Shown here: positions 49,380-62,000 of the stretch, in pieces
How the letters are laid out: each line of letters begins with the position of its first letter
Position numbering within the stretch: the stretch's first letter is position 1
Source: Lingula anatina
Lineage: Eukaryota > Animalia > Brachiopoda
Direction of reading: 5' to 3'
NCBI GenBank assembly: GCA_051362555.1
Contig: CM120642.1
Span: forward strand, 2,542,001-2,606,000
Length of the DNA stretch: 64,000 nucleotides
Notes under the pieces: model-generated
The model's database searches: none
Told to the model about the DNA's origin: nothing
Seen by the model: only the letters and a program-made list of their open reading frames with translations
Made by a program: the position numbers and the translations under genes

Positions 49380-52085
49380 TCACTTTTTCCTCGTCAGTTT
49401 TTCGTGCATATTTCTCAGCGCATCATTCCACTTAATTGCCTGCTGCTTAAGATTGGACATCAGGTACATTTGGCATCCGTCCTTGGTTTGCCGCAGGGCC
49501 TCGGTGTTATCTTTGAACGAATTATGGAACTTCCCTCGTATACTAGACCATATACCATCCCCCTCATCCTCCTTCTCCTCGTCTGAGTCGCTTCCATCGT
49601 GGATTCCCTGGTCCGCCAGGAACTTCTCGTGAGAAACGCTGGTTCCACAAGCTCCGACCGCTTCCAGAGACTCCGTGGGTGGCTGTACCTAAAATCGAAA
49701 ATGAACGCCATTTCAAAATCAAAACGCTAATTAAAAGGTGACACGAAAAAACGCAATCAGGATGGCTGAAGAGGTCTGTACTCTTTTGATTCTGAAAAAT
49801 CACAGATCCTTGGTTTAAACAGAAATCTCTTAAGATGTACGCGTAGGGCATCAGGAAAATGGCAATCTTGGCAAATTTGCCTCAACAAAAAATCGAGAAG
49901 TACTTATTATATAACTTAAAGACGAGGAAGAAGCGATGAACTGGCAGGGTCCAAAATTCATTAAATATCGCTGACTTTTATTGAGCCAGCATTCGCTAGA
50001 GAGGGTGAGAACCCATGGCGTTTCAAGTATTGAACAATAAAAATAAACAAGAAACAGACAGAAAAAACAACAGCAGTTACCGACATCATTTGTATAAATT
50101 TATTTACCGGTATTTTACAATAAAAAAACTGGATATAAAGGGGATTGATTGGCATTAACCCATGATGTTCATTGTATTAGCTTTTCGCGTCCACATACGG
50201 ATCGTTTTTATCGCAATTGTTCTTAGTTAGAGCACTAGGAGGACCATTACAGATTCTCGTATCGCTCATCAAAATTGGAGTTCAAGTACATTAATACTGC
50301 TGTGCAGAAAGAACTAACGGTATTAGTTGAATGCACGCGTCGTTAACCGCCGCGTCCTGGGATACATGGTGGTCACCAAGGGGGTGTTACAACTCCCCTG
50401 CTCCCTTGATTCCATCGGTGTGCACAGTGTATGACGTGCACTTACTAAGCGATCATAAAAAAGTAACATGTAACATTGGGGACTGATGCGTTGTAATTTG
50501 GCGCCAGCCACAATAACCGGCGAGCAACTCCTTCAGCATTGCATGAGAGACAAAGTGCTTTTCATTTCGTCAGAAAACCAAAAAGGAGGATAATAGTTAT
50601 TATACCTTCTGCCGAAAAAGATATTCCCGCCATTCCCGTGATTGTAGCCACAGTAGAAGCAATGGCACGTTGTTTAGAGGCAATATATAACGTGAATGAA
50701 GACTATAATTACAAAACCACAAATACAGTCAAAAGATACACGGTACACACTGCAGCGATTCCTTAAAGAGCATAGCGTCAAAATAGGAACACTAGATTAG
50801 TTCGAGTCTCATAAGGAAATGGCAGTCCAAAGTTGGGCAACAATCCCCACCTCGCGGTCTTCAGCTAATTTCTTCCGAACTTGACAGGAAGCATGGAGTC
50901 TGCTCACAACGCTACGAATAAGAAATGACGCAATTCACAACAATGGAGTTTTCGGGGCCATTCTAAGTGCGGTTCTTCCCCTAATTGTTCAAAAGTGTTC
51001 TTATGGGTACACCATTAGCCAAGGAGACGAACCAGAATTCTGCTGTAGACTGATCCTTTGGAAACACGATTTTTGTGCGTATTGTGCCACTGTTTCTTAG
51101 AGAAGGTACAGGCAATGTTCTCTTTTGAAGACACATCTGTAGTTTTACGAGGACGACCTGTGGTGTTGCTTGATTGCACATGGTGGCTAAAGAGGGTACC
51201 TCGAGCAATTCCAAGATGAACAGCAATGCCCCCTTTGTTTGGGTCCTGCACACCACATCCCCAACACTTGCCAACTTGCCAAACTCTTCTTGGGCATATG
51301 CGACGAGGCATAGTCACTATTCAGACCTGCTGTGCAAAATTTGACTAACGTACCTTCGCCAATTGAGCATTACCAGATGAAACGGTTCAACATCAATAAC
51401 TTGCAAATTGTTTAATTGAAATATCTATAGCTAGGTAAAACGTTTTGTGCAAATTGTCACCGTGGAGTTTAAAGAAGCAAATACAAAAAAAAAATCCCAT
51501 CATTTTTGGCAAGAGAGTAAAACAAATTCTAAAATATAATAAACAAAATGGACAAGAAACATGTTTTCTCTCTCTCTCCCCCCCCCCCCCCACACACAGG
51601 CACATGCACACGCACACACACACACTCTCATCCACATATAAGCGCAAGGAATCACATACTGCTGAACAAATTCAAATAATCTCCAGTAATTTTACTAAAA
51701 ATAATTTTTCATACATATTTGGTGATGCTGGCTTCCATTTTACCATTTTTAAACCGTGGGCTGCCGTATATTACTCGAGTATATTGGCTTAACGGTACAT
51801 GCAATATGGTCCTTCTATCTTTAATCAAATTAAAGACATGCATTTTAGAATCAAAAACAAACGTGGTTTAAAACCCATTGCTACATTTCTCATCAAAGAG
51901 CCAATATCTACATGCATGGGTATCTACATACAACTTAAATGGCACGATAAAATGAAAAGATATCTACAGAACTGAAAACATACCCTTGGAGTATTGTCGC
52001 TGAATTCCGTTATTTCTTCTTCCGTCCACTTCTTTTGATTGCATCCTGCTTTACTTGGGGTGGTCGAATTTGCCTGTGAAGCCAT
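49380..52085 (-). CDS. Putative two-exon orphan protein (~136 aa)
   Basis: Exon A 52085-51984 (MASQANST...DNTPR, donor AGG|GTATGT, phase 0) joins exon B 49688-49380 (acceptor TTTTAG|GTA, VQPPTESL...SDSDEEKEDEGDG...MHEKLTRKK*). Both exons are GC-richer than their flanks. I recognise no family. Confidence 0.6.
50810..51330 (-). mobile_element. Decayed Tc1-like transposase N-terminus in the orphan-gene intron
   Basis: MPRR...IAVHLGIARGTL...TGRPRKTT is the Tc1 HTH plus GRPR linker. It is followed by frameshifted HLEW and degenerate LFSDESR-like sequence. Confidence 0.55.
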
Positions 52086-53456
52086 ACTTCTAACTGATTC
52101 GGTCCTTGTGATACAACTTTCGATCAGAAAAATTAACAAGAAATAATTGTACAATAATTATTGTATATAACACACTACGCACGTGAATGTGTACAAACAT
52201 ATATTGGCTCTTCACGAGCACTTGTTCTATGTTCTAAAAGCTGCCTGTGCCAGAAAAAATTGAAGTAAAGACAGTAATAGCATTACAGCTTTTATTGCAT
52301 GCTCTTCTACCAATTGCAGCTGATGTATGCTTCCCTGGGGGCTTGGGGCGGGCTTATCATGGTCGCACGATATATGTAGCAGCAGTGGTTCCCTTAATTG
52401 AAGGATACAGAGGCGTTCATGAGCGTGCCGTCGTCTTTTCATAACATTTTGTGTATATCATTTTGGCTTTTTGTTCCAATGGAAGAAATACATGCATGAT
52501 GAACCAAAATCACAGTCCCAAAACCAATGAATATTGAACTGTATAATCACATCACGAAACAGTTGATGAATGGTTTGAAAATTGATACATTGTGATAAAC
52601 CAGTAGTACTGCTACATACAGACCAGCCCTCCGCGCCACTGCGGACACATGATAATGAGATTCACTATACATTATAGTTCAGAACCAAAACAGATGCACT
52701 GATCTCGAGGGATATAAAGGAATTAATTTCACTTTAAGTCTCTGACCTATCATCCTATATTTCAACGAAGAAAACTGCATTATCGGGAAACTGTTCACCA
52801 CATAGCTAAAGGATAAAAGAGACCTGGATATTGAAGTTTATCTAATGTACAGTTAAACCAAAATGTACATTTTTACCAGATTGTTATTGATTTTAACAGA
52901 ATTATTTATTAATTGCTTTAGTAAATGGAGTGAATACATCTTTTGTAAATTCAAATTTCAAATGCATTTAGCGAAAGACACTTTTAATAACAATTAATGT
53001 CAATGAACTTGTGTTTACGGTTGTTCTAAAATACTAGCCACAGCAAATTATTGATATTTTCTTGGCAGATATTCTCTAAATATACCGGTAATTGAAACAC
53101 TCGAACAATCACCTAATTTCCCAACAGAGAAGAGGTCGAAATCGTATTTGAAAGGTGTGCTTCCGTGAGAAGATAAAAAGAAATGGGATGTTTTATCTGG
53201 ATTCCGACAGGAGTCTCGGCTCGCACCCAAATAAATAAGTCTGTTTGATTCTGTAGTTGGTTCCACATCATAAGGACTAGGGTATTTGTACTTCATGTAC
53301 TTTATTCTTGCTAATCAGATCCCACACACAGTATCTACCCACTGAGTTCAGTGAACCATTTGTTCTAACAGCTTGCCGATCGTTGATCTCCTTTCGCTGA
53401 TAGTTTACCACGTGACACAAGATGAGAACCAAACGCGGTTTGCATCTCAAGCCAAA

Positions 53457-53740
53457 AGGCCATTCAGAACAGAAGATCTTAGGATCTACTGATCCACAGA
53501 TCAAATATAGAGGACCCCACATGAAAGAAGAGCCGACTTATCCGCTGATGGACTCCCCGCCTCCCGCGCCATTAAAAAGATTAAATCACGGCTCCGAGGT
53601 TTACTTGCTAGACCCCTGCAAGAACGGCGCGTGTGGAGGCGGGGGAGGGGGGACCATCAGCGGTTAATTCGGCTCTTTTTGCATGTAGGGTCCGCCATAT
53701 TTGATCCGTGGATCAGTAGATCCTTGGATCTGAATGGCCT
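53457..53740. mobile_element. Foldback MITE-like inverted repeat
   Basis: AGGCCATTCAG..AGGATCTACTGATCCACAGATCAAATAT..AAGAGCCGA..CCGCTGATGG at 53457-53550 is an imperfect reverse complement of 53654-53740. Confidence 0.7.
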
Positions 53741-54768
53741 CGAAGATACACGCTGAGCTGTTAGTCCAAACCTGGCGAGATCCCCCGAAAACTCATGCCC
53801 CTCACAGAGTGCAGTCGACTTGCTGAAGTCAAAGACAAAATGCATTCTGTCTTATGCTTAAAATGACTAACATTAATCAATTTACACCACGATTGTTCCT
53901 ATCCACGTAAACGCATTTTCTGTAACATGTTTCTTTCACAGACAGTACCCTCGGTACGTGTACATGTAAGCTTATGTGGCGTTTCAGTGCATAGAATACC
54001 AAAAACGAACCTCAGCCTTTATACCAGATTATTTTATCTATACATTAATCCTCCATCACTCTAATGGTAAGGATGAAATATCCCTTATAAATAAAGGCAC
54101 AACTAGTCATTTTTCAATTGTTTTACCCAAGTGTTACATGTAACACAATGCCAGCATAGAAAAACAAGTCTCGAGTGAGCAAATCTTATATCAATTCCAG
54201 CATAAACAGCCTTGGGAGGTGAAGTACCGGGTAGTTGTCATAATGCTTGATTAAACTAGTATAAATGTATTTTAGCGTAGATAAAGTCAGATCTATGGAT
54301 GGGGGGAGGGGGGGGGGTCCAAGATGAGCTGTTCGGTATTTGACTAAGATGGTTTCTCTTGAGAGTTTTACGTCACAATTATACCTATGTTGTTACATAT
54401 ATACCCAGTAGGTTTATAGTTCATTTCTGTCTGTCTGATAAAATTCCCGTATAGACATTACAAATTGAATTTAGCAAACGAGAACAGTTTTCGTCAGTGT
54501 AATTTTTAGTTAACTTTCCGACAAACACTACAGACTCTGAACAATAACAACAACAATAAAATGTTAGGCCAGACAAAATTGCTAAGCTGGCCACCGCCCC
54601 TAATTTTGAATTAACACATTTAATGGAAAAAATGACAATTGAGTATAAGTGAGGCGTTTGTATTTGAACCCAGGAAACCTACATGTAAGTGTAGCCTAAC
54701 CTTAGTGTACTTTAAAATTACCCAAACTGTGAATTAAACGTGTTCTACCCCTCTCCCCCCAAAAAAAA

Positions 54769-54770
<2 letters not shown>

Positions 54771-54832
<62 letters not shown>
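54771..54832. repeat. (TA)n microsatellite
   Basis: Perfect TA run. Confidence 0.95.
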
Positions 54833-54837
<5 letters not shown>

Positions 54838-56233
54838 AGTCAAGTAATCAATTGAAGTGATCGCCTACCCTTAATTTTAACTGCTTCAGTTTTATTCATC
54901 AAAATTGAATTATTATCTGCAAAATAAAGCAGTGTGGAGTCTGCAACTGTCCGAGGTTGTTTCAGAAATTCTCTGGGGTCCCTCTTATCGCTGGATAAGC
55001 CTACTTAGAGGAAATAATGTATGGCAATATTCCCAAGTGATGACAAACTCCAGTTCACCACTCTACGTCCCATCAGCCGTTCACGAGAGCATAAGTATGT
55101 TTGCAGTTTATATTGGGCTCTACATGTACTTTGGAAAGAAACTGTTGTATATATGTGGGCCTTAATGTCAAAGTAAGATCCTTCATTAGACTACGTTTTT
55201 GCCTTGTTGTAGTATGAAATCGTGTAATTGCAGCTCCGCATAAGATGGCGCAACTACAGCAATCAGCGGGAACTGTGTAATAAAAACACGCACAATGGGC
55301 ACCTGTATTGATTTATACAAAGTGGTGAACGACCATATAAAATAAATACAAAGCATGCGTCGAATATAAATCTACGAAATGACTCTGTGCAGCTGACGAA
55401 GACTGTAATCCCATCAAATATATCTGCGTTATTGGTGTCCTGTGTGCTTCCTAGCTGGTTCACCATAGCAAGTGGTTTATGTCATGTACATGTATTTCAA
55501 GGTTCCGGCATTTTTGGTTAATGTTCAATCACGTGGACATAAGAAATATCACTTTATATCTGTCAGACGAACACAGTTTTATCACTGCTTGATAAGCACG
55601 TTACTTATATTAAAAAATAAAAATGGAACCAAAACATGCAACAGAAATTTATTTAAGGATATGTCCAACAACATATACCCTAGGTTCTAGATTCCGGTAT
55701 TGCCAGCTCGATCTTGATTTCATATATATAACCCATATCAACAATACCGGCTCTAGTGACCAGCGGCCATGTAACACTTCCATCAATCAAACAGAACTGC
55801 TCCGCAGTGAATCTGCAGTTGAATGTCATCAGACCAAAATGAAACGTAAAACAGATTTAATTCTGCTTTATTTAATTCTATTTGCTGTATATAAGATGTA
55901 AAGTGAAAAAAATAAATAATATACTTCGAACAGAAAAGATATATCCAATGTTTTTGTATTTTTTGCTTATCAAAGAACATTTAGTCCTGAGATGTACACT
56001 TGCGCAATACACGTGCTTGCCGTGTGCCAAATTTGACAGCTACACTGTATGCCCGATACCACTATAATGGCTGCGCAATGGCTACACCAAAATCAGTTTT
56101 TAAAGCAGAATGTTGCTTCTATTGTGGCACTGACCTTTGACTGCAAGATATTTTCAATTCAAACTTCGTCAGGCACTTTGCTTCTTGTCTCGTCTGCACG
56201 AGATAACTTCAGCGCGAGGCGGGAAAGGCAGCT

Positions 56234-56330
56234 CCAGGCGGCCAAACCTGTGACGTACGAGACTTATGACTTCCAAATATGGATCCAGGCGGACACAGCT
56301 GTGACGTGTGACTTCCAAATATGGAAGCGC
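56234..56330. promoter_or_regulatory. Duplicated CRE-like + CArG (SRF) module
   Basis: TGACGT at 56251 and 56302, and perfect CArG boxes CCAAATATGG at 56273-56282 and 56315-56324, within a direct repeat. Confidence 0.45.
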
Positions 56331-58980
56331 CCCAGGCAAAATTTTGAAGAAGAACGCCCTCAGATTGTCGCTGTTCGTCAGAGCTAGTAAAAGCGACTCC
56401 ATCACAAGATATATATTTAACAAGCTAGCTTTTACGTTGCTCTGACACTCAGGGTAACAACATATGACAATGAACAGAAACATAAAAGACATAAAAGACG
56501 AAGGCAGTTTCAATTAGACCAATTTTGCCAGATTTTGAACGGACTCTCTTTTTCTTAATTAGCCCTGAATGATGCATTTCTGTTATAAAAGATTTTTTTA
56601 ACAACGTTTATTCGAAAGAAATGGAGGCAAAGCGCTGGAAGCATTAAATGCTCTCCACAAAATTAAATAAGTAAATAAATAAAACAAATGGATACGTATA
56701 TACAACAGAATAAATGTATAACTTCAAATATTTCAGTATGGAGCACAAAAGTTACCAGAACTAATTAAGTACAGAAAGAAAGAAAATAAAAGGAAGAAGA
56801 AAAGGATCGTAACTAGTTTACATATACAACATTGGTCGAATAGAGAAGAGATGACACTTATTGACTGATAAAAGATTAGAGGAAGGAACATTGCAGGGTT
56901 CCACTATTGGGTAAAAATATGTGGCAACTCGACTACAGTTATCAATACTGGTACATGTTAACACTTGAAATGTAGTTCAATTATGTTAAAATAACTTTGG
57001 GGGTCTTTGCTAGATTTGCTTTCCACACGAGACAGATACATTAATTTTCATAAACATTTCCTTAAACATTTTGAATTTGTGTTGAAAAAAATAAAAGCCC
57101 AGATATATTTGAAATCGTGCACAACCTGCAGGCAGTGCGAGGACTTACCAGTATCACTCTAATAATTAAATGCTCTTCTGCGTAAACTGTATGTTCATAT
57201 TTATAATGTTACTTTGTTTGTTTATTATACTCTTTTTCCGTATGCTTTTTAATAAAATTTGTTCAGTTCCCGCTATGTCATATACTCATCCGTAGTAGCA
57301 TCAGTAGCTACGTGTGTATATAGTGTTACGTGAACAGCTAACTAATGCCCATAGAGACAACACGCCAAAATAAATAATAATAAATAAAACAAAATTATTC
57401 AAGTATTCTGCCACATTTCATACACTGTATCACTTCATTTTATATACTAGTTTCCGTCACACCCTTACTGTAATTTATTTTGCAATTTGATTAGTTTTCT
57501 CTCGATGAAAGGTGGTGCAAATTATTCAAGTCAGACATTTTTTTCTTATAATCTATGGGCAGCCTTGAGAAGTCACGTTTAACGTACAGTATCAGGATGT
57601 GTATTCAGGTTACGTGTTAGATCGTTTTACATCCACAAAATCGTGTGCTTATATATACACAATGCCCGTTGCTTATTCTTTTTCAGACATAAAAAATCAC
57701 TTTATAAATGTTGTCATTATGCTATTCCCTACTCCTGGATATACGCTCAAGTTATGACAGATATATTTTACAGTTATTGTAATTTATCATGACAGGTGCA
57801 CGTAAAAATTTAGATGAAAGTAACATCAGGGACTATTATTTTAATAGCAAACATCTAACTCAAGCACATATTACATAATTTAGAGTAAATCAACATGTAC
57901 TACATTTAACCCTGTGTTCCACGCCTTGTCTTCGTGGCTACCGTGTAAATTGTCTACAAGTTGAAATGGATACTATATAACATCCACTTTTGCTCAATTT
58001 ACAGCCAGACACAAACACTTAACCACTAATTACACATCAAATTGTGCAATATACTACAAAGGAAATGGAAGTGATTTCAGAATTAGTCTACATTGTATGC
58101 TGAGTGATTTTGATGTGATGTAAATTGATATTGGCAGCAGGATCTGCCGGAACCCAAAAGTAGATTTTTATACCCGATCCCTCTTTCTAGTTCATAGACT
58201 TTATATGCTTATGCTAGTCACGTTTCTTGGTTTTATAAAGTCACGACTGTCGTTTTGTGCAAACTGGCACAAATGATACAATTAAAGAGCAGCTACTCTG
58301 TACTCTTGATGATAATAATTAATAAAAAAGCGTGTTTGAGCGACATAAGGAAGTAAGACTACGGTTTATTTTTATATCCAAAACAAGGCGCGCTAGTACC
58401 TGTAGTACCAGTCGGAGACGGACGAACTTGTTCATAATTAGATTTCCCTCTTTGGTTTGTTTGATATAGCTTGGCAATATCAACACCGAAAAGGGGATCT
58501 GAGTCAGAGCACTGGCCTTTGCTGCCTATGACCAATCGTGTAACTTTGAATCTGAAATAGCGTGTTTGTTTACATCCGCTAACTTGTTCTCCATTTGGAC
58601 AAGCTTGAACGCAGTATTATGCGAGATTGCGTTCGAGACAAAACTCCTAGACGCCCCTCCCCTGCTTTAAACCACACTTATTTTGATTTCACATGAACAA
58701 ATTGTTGCAAATACTGCAAAAAGGGACCTTTCTTTACCCGTCAGCGTTGCACACGGTCACTTGTTCCTGTTGAGTCGAACACCCCCGTTTCTGCCCTCCA
58801 TCGCTGCCTATAGCTACAGGTTGCCGTGGATTTGAACTTCTCACTCACAGCTATGTAGGCAGTACTCACATCCTGGACTTGTTTACAACCTGTCTCTTCA
58901 GCCGGGAGTGCCTCGACCCTGGTACACGTTATGCATAGCAATCTGTCGAACAGCTGACTTTAATGCGACGAGCACCAGCG

Positions 58981-58988
58981 TATAAATA
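58981..58988 (+). promoter_or_regulatory. TATA box of the TEP/CD109-like gene
   Basis: TATAAATA 89 bp upstream of the signal-peptide ATG (59070). Confidence 0.6.
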
Positions 58989-59069
58989 CGGATGCGTGGC
59001 GTAATCTTATTGTATTTTGGAAGCTGTCGAGAGTGGAGAAGTCAGCTACTCAGAACAAGTGCATCGTTC

Positions 59070-62000
59070 ATGGTTGATACAATGTTATACAGGGCACTTC
59101 TTGCAATTTCGCTTGTCGCAGTGTGGGCATCAGCTGCACGGGGATTTGACAAGTAAATATACTTTTTTATTTTGTTATGTCAAACAAATTTAGTATGGAG
59201 AATGGGCCACTTAAGTATTTTAGTTGACATATCTTGTGTTAATTTCACTTTCTGTTAATAAGATGACGAGTGGCGTGACTTCAATTGATGTAAATCCGGT
59301 ATTCTTTCACATAGTCTATCCACTTGGTTAAGAAATTAAGTGTTTTCTTATTCTATTCTAATTATTTATCTGTTTTGTAGCTCGTACATGCTATTAGCGC
59401 CGCGCACAGTGCGCTTAGGCCTGCCGTATGAGATCAGTGTCTCTGTAATGCCCAAATTGAAGGCACCGGTTCACATTCGGGCTGAAATACTTCAAGAGAA
59501 TATAACCATAGCCATGGCATCGGGCGATTTCAGAGCAGGTAATTAAAAAAAAAAGAGTTGAAATAAGTTTTTGTAGGGAAAATGTGTTGACTTCGCGTGT
59601 GCCCTTCTTTTTACACATGAATAATTTTTCTATTAACGTTTTAATAGCATCACTGTCTCTATTTAACATTAATGTTTTTGAAACCTGAAGTGCGGCGTTA
59701 AGAGTTTAGTTTTCAATTAATATCAAGTACATGCTCTAGGCACCAAGTCCTCGGCAATTCATTGTGCTTATTTAGAAGTGGAAAAGAAAGATGCATCACG
59801 AACATCTTTCCATTGGCTCATTGATTGGATTTCTTTGAATAATCCCTATTATTTTGTATATTTCATTCTGCAGGACAACCAGGGAAGCTAACATTGCAGG
59901 TAATTTTGTGCTTTTATACACGTACACATAGTGCTGATTAGACCATCGCGCATTGCAATGTACGATATGCCGACATGTTTCAATCAGTGTTTTCTGATCT
60001 GAACATCTGCACATTAAATAGTGAAAAGTGAAAATTAAGTACGTGAAAAACAGAGCCAAAGCTGTAAAACCTTGTTTATTTGTTTATGGACATGAAAAAT
60101 AATGGTGAAAAGAGAATAAAACGGAACGTTTTTGTTAAGTAAGCGCTTTGCCTAAAATCATAATTTCAGACTGATTTTACCTGTCAGTAAAACGTGGGTT
60201 GAAAGTTACAGAGCTCAGTTTATTTCGACATTCTCTTCCTACAGGTGCCACGGGACGTAAAGCCTATCAGAGTATATAGGTACTACACCTACTACGGGAA
60301 CTTTAAGCTCAAAGTGGAAGGCAGGGGTGGAGTTCAATTTAAAAACGAAACATGGCTGAGTATGAGTCAAAAGAGCCTCTCTGCCTTCATCCAGACGGAT
60401 AAAGCCATATACAAACCTGGACAAACAGGTACCGTTCATACAGCTTCGTTAGAATGTCCAATTATTTCCGTCGTATTGGTAATGATAACAACTAATTTAA
60501 ATTGACAATTTCCGTTGGTTAATCATAAATCACTTTAACGGTATTGGCATTATACGCAGAGGAAAGCATCGCCGGCATATGCTGTCGTCTGCGTGGTTTA
60601 TTAACTTTATTATCTTTAGCCATTATGGTAACTAAAAATGGCCACATTATTACAGAAAGTATTAAATAATTCCACCATAATATGTTAAGTCTGATTGTTT
60701 CAGTTTGAGTTTTCTTTCATCAGGAGGTTTTGATAGGTGATAACAGGGCTGAAATGGACCTCTGATATATTATAGTCAATAAAACAATTGATGCTTTTTC
60801 TGTTCCAGAATATGAAATGACATGACGATGTGTCTTCAGTTGTGTTTTTAAGTCGAAATTTCCTCTTTGTTTTAGTTCGCTTCAGAGCGTTTGCTACGGG
60901 CCCTGATCTGAAACCACTGCTGTCTCCTATCACTGTTGAAATATTTGTACGTATATAGCTGTTTGTATAATTTAAAGGCTTCTTATTGAATTCCATGACT
61001 TATGAAATACTGGTACATTTCTGAATCTTTTAAAATACCTACTGGAGTAGCAAAGTGACGTCTAGTCATACGAGGAGCCGCTTTTTCAGGAAACTTTTTA
61101 TTGACTAGTGCACGATGTAAATCGCTGCCTTCTTTAAGGATTGTTAAATGCCGAGGATTCAATGCCGTCAACTTACTAGAACGGGATGGGACAGGGTGGC
61201 TTACCTCAAACCATCAAAAGTAATGCGGCAAGTGGGAAGGGTGGCTCTTGATGAATTGTGCCAAGTTTAGTTTTCATATTTGGGAAATATCAGTTTTACA
61301 TGTAAAGGGATATATTACATTATTTTATTCTGATCTCTTTTTATCGATTTGGCGTTACTAAATTTCAATTTAAAAGTTTTTGTTGCCAATGCGAAATATT
61401 TTAAAACAGTGTTCAAAAAAAGCAAAACCTAAGGAAAAAAGTACAACATTAATTCATGGTACCCTTTTTAAATGTTCAGGACACAAAAGGCAACAAAGTA
61501 AAGCAACTGAAGGACGTTCAAGAACCTAGCGGCATTGTCGCCGGGGAGTTGGCTTTACCAACAGAACCTGTCTTGGGGAATTGGAGGATCAAAGCAACAG
61601 TTCTGGTAGGTTTTGAGGATGACATGAAAAGCGTGCACGCGTGTATTTAGAACCGGTGCAACATGGAAAACTGGATAAGAAATTTACAGGTCGTTACCTG
61701 TCATTTCATGGTTAGCAAATTGACCCAGTTAAAACTAGGTTTAATACAAAAATTGATTATATGTATACATATAATTTTTACTTCATTTAATTATTTTCTT
61801 TTATTTCATTTTCACATCTCAAACTTTCATGATTTTTTATTTCACATTTAAGAGCTCCGACAGAAACCAGCTTCTGATATATGTATTAGCTGAATGAATT
61901 ATCATTATTATTAACATTTATTTGTATTAACATTTATTTTGTACATGTAACACGCTAAAACAACTCTATTCCAGGGTGAAAGCACCGAGAAAAACTTTGA

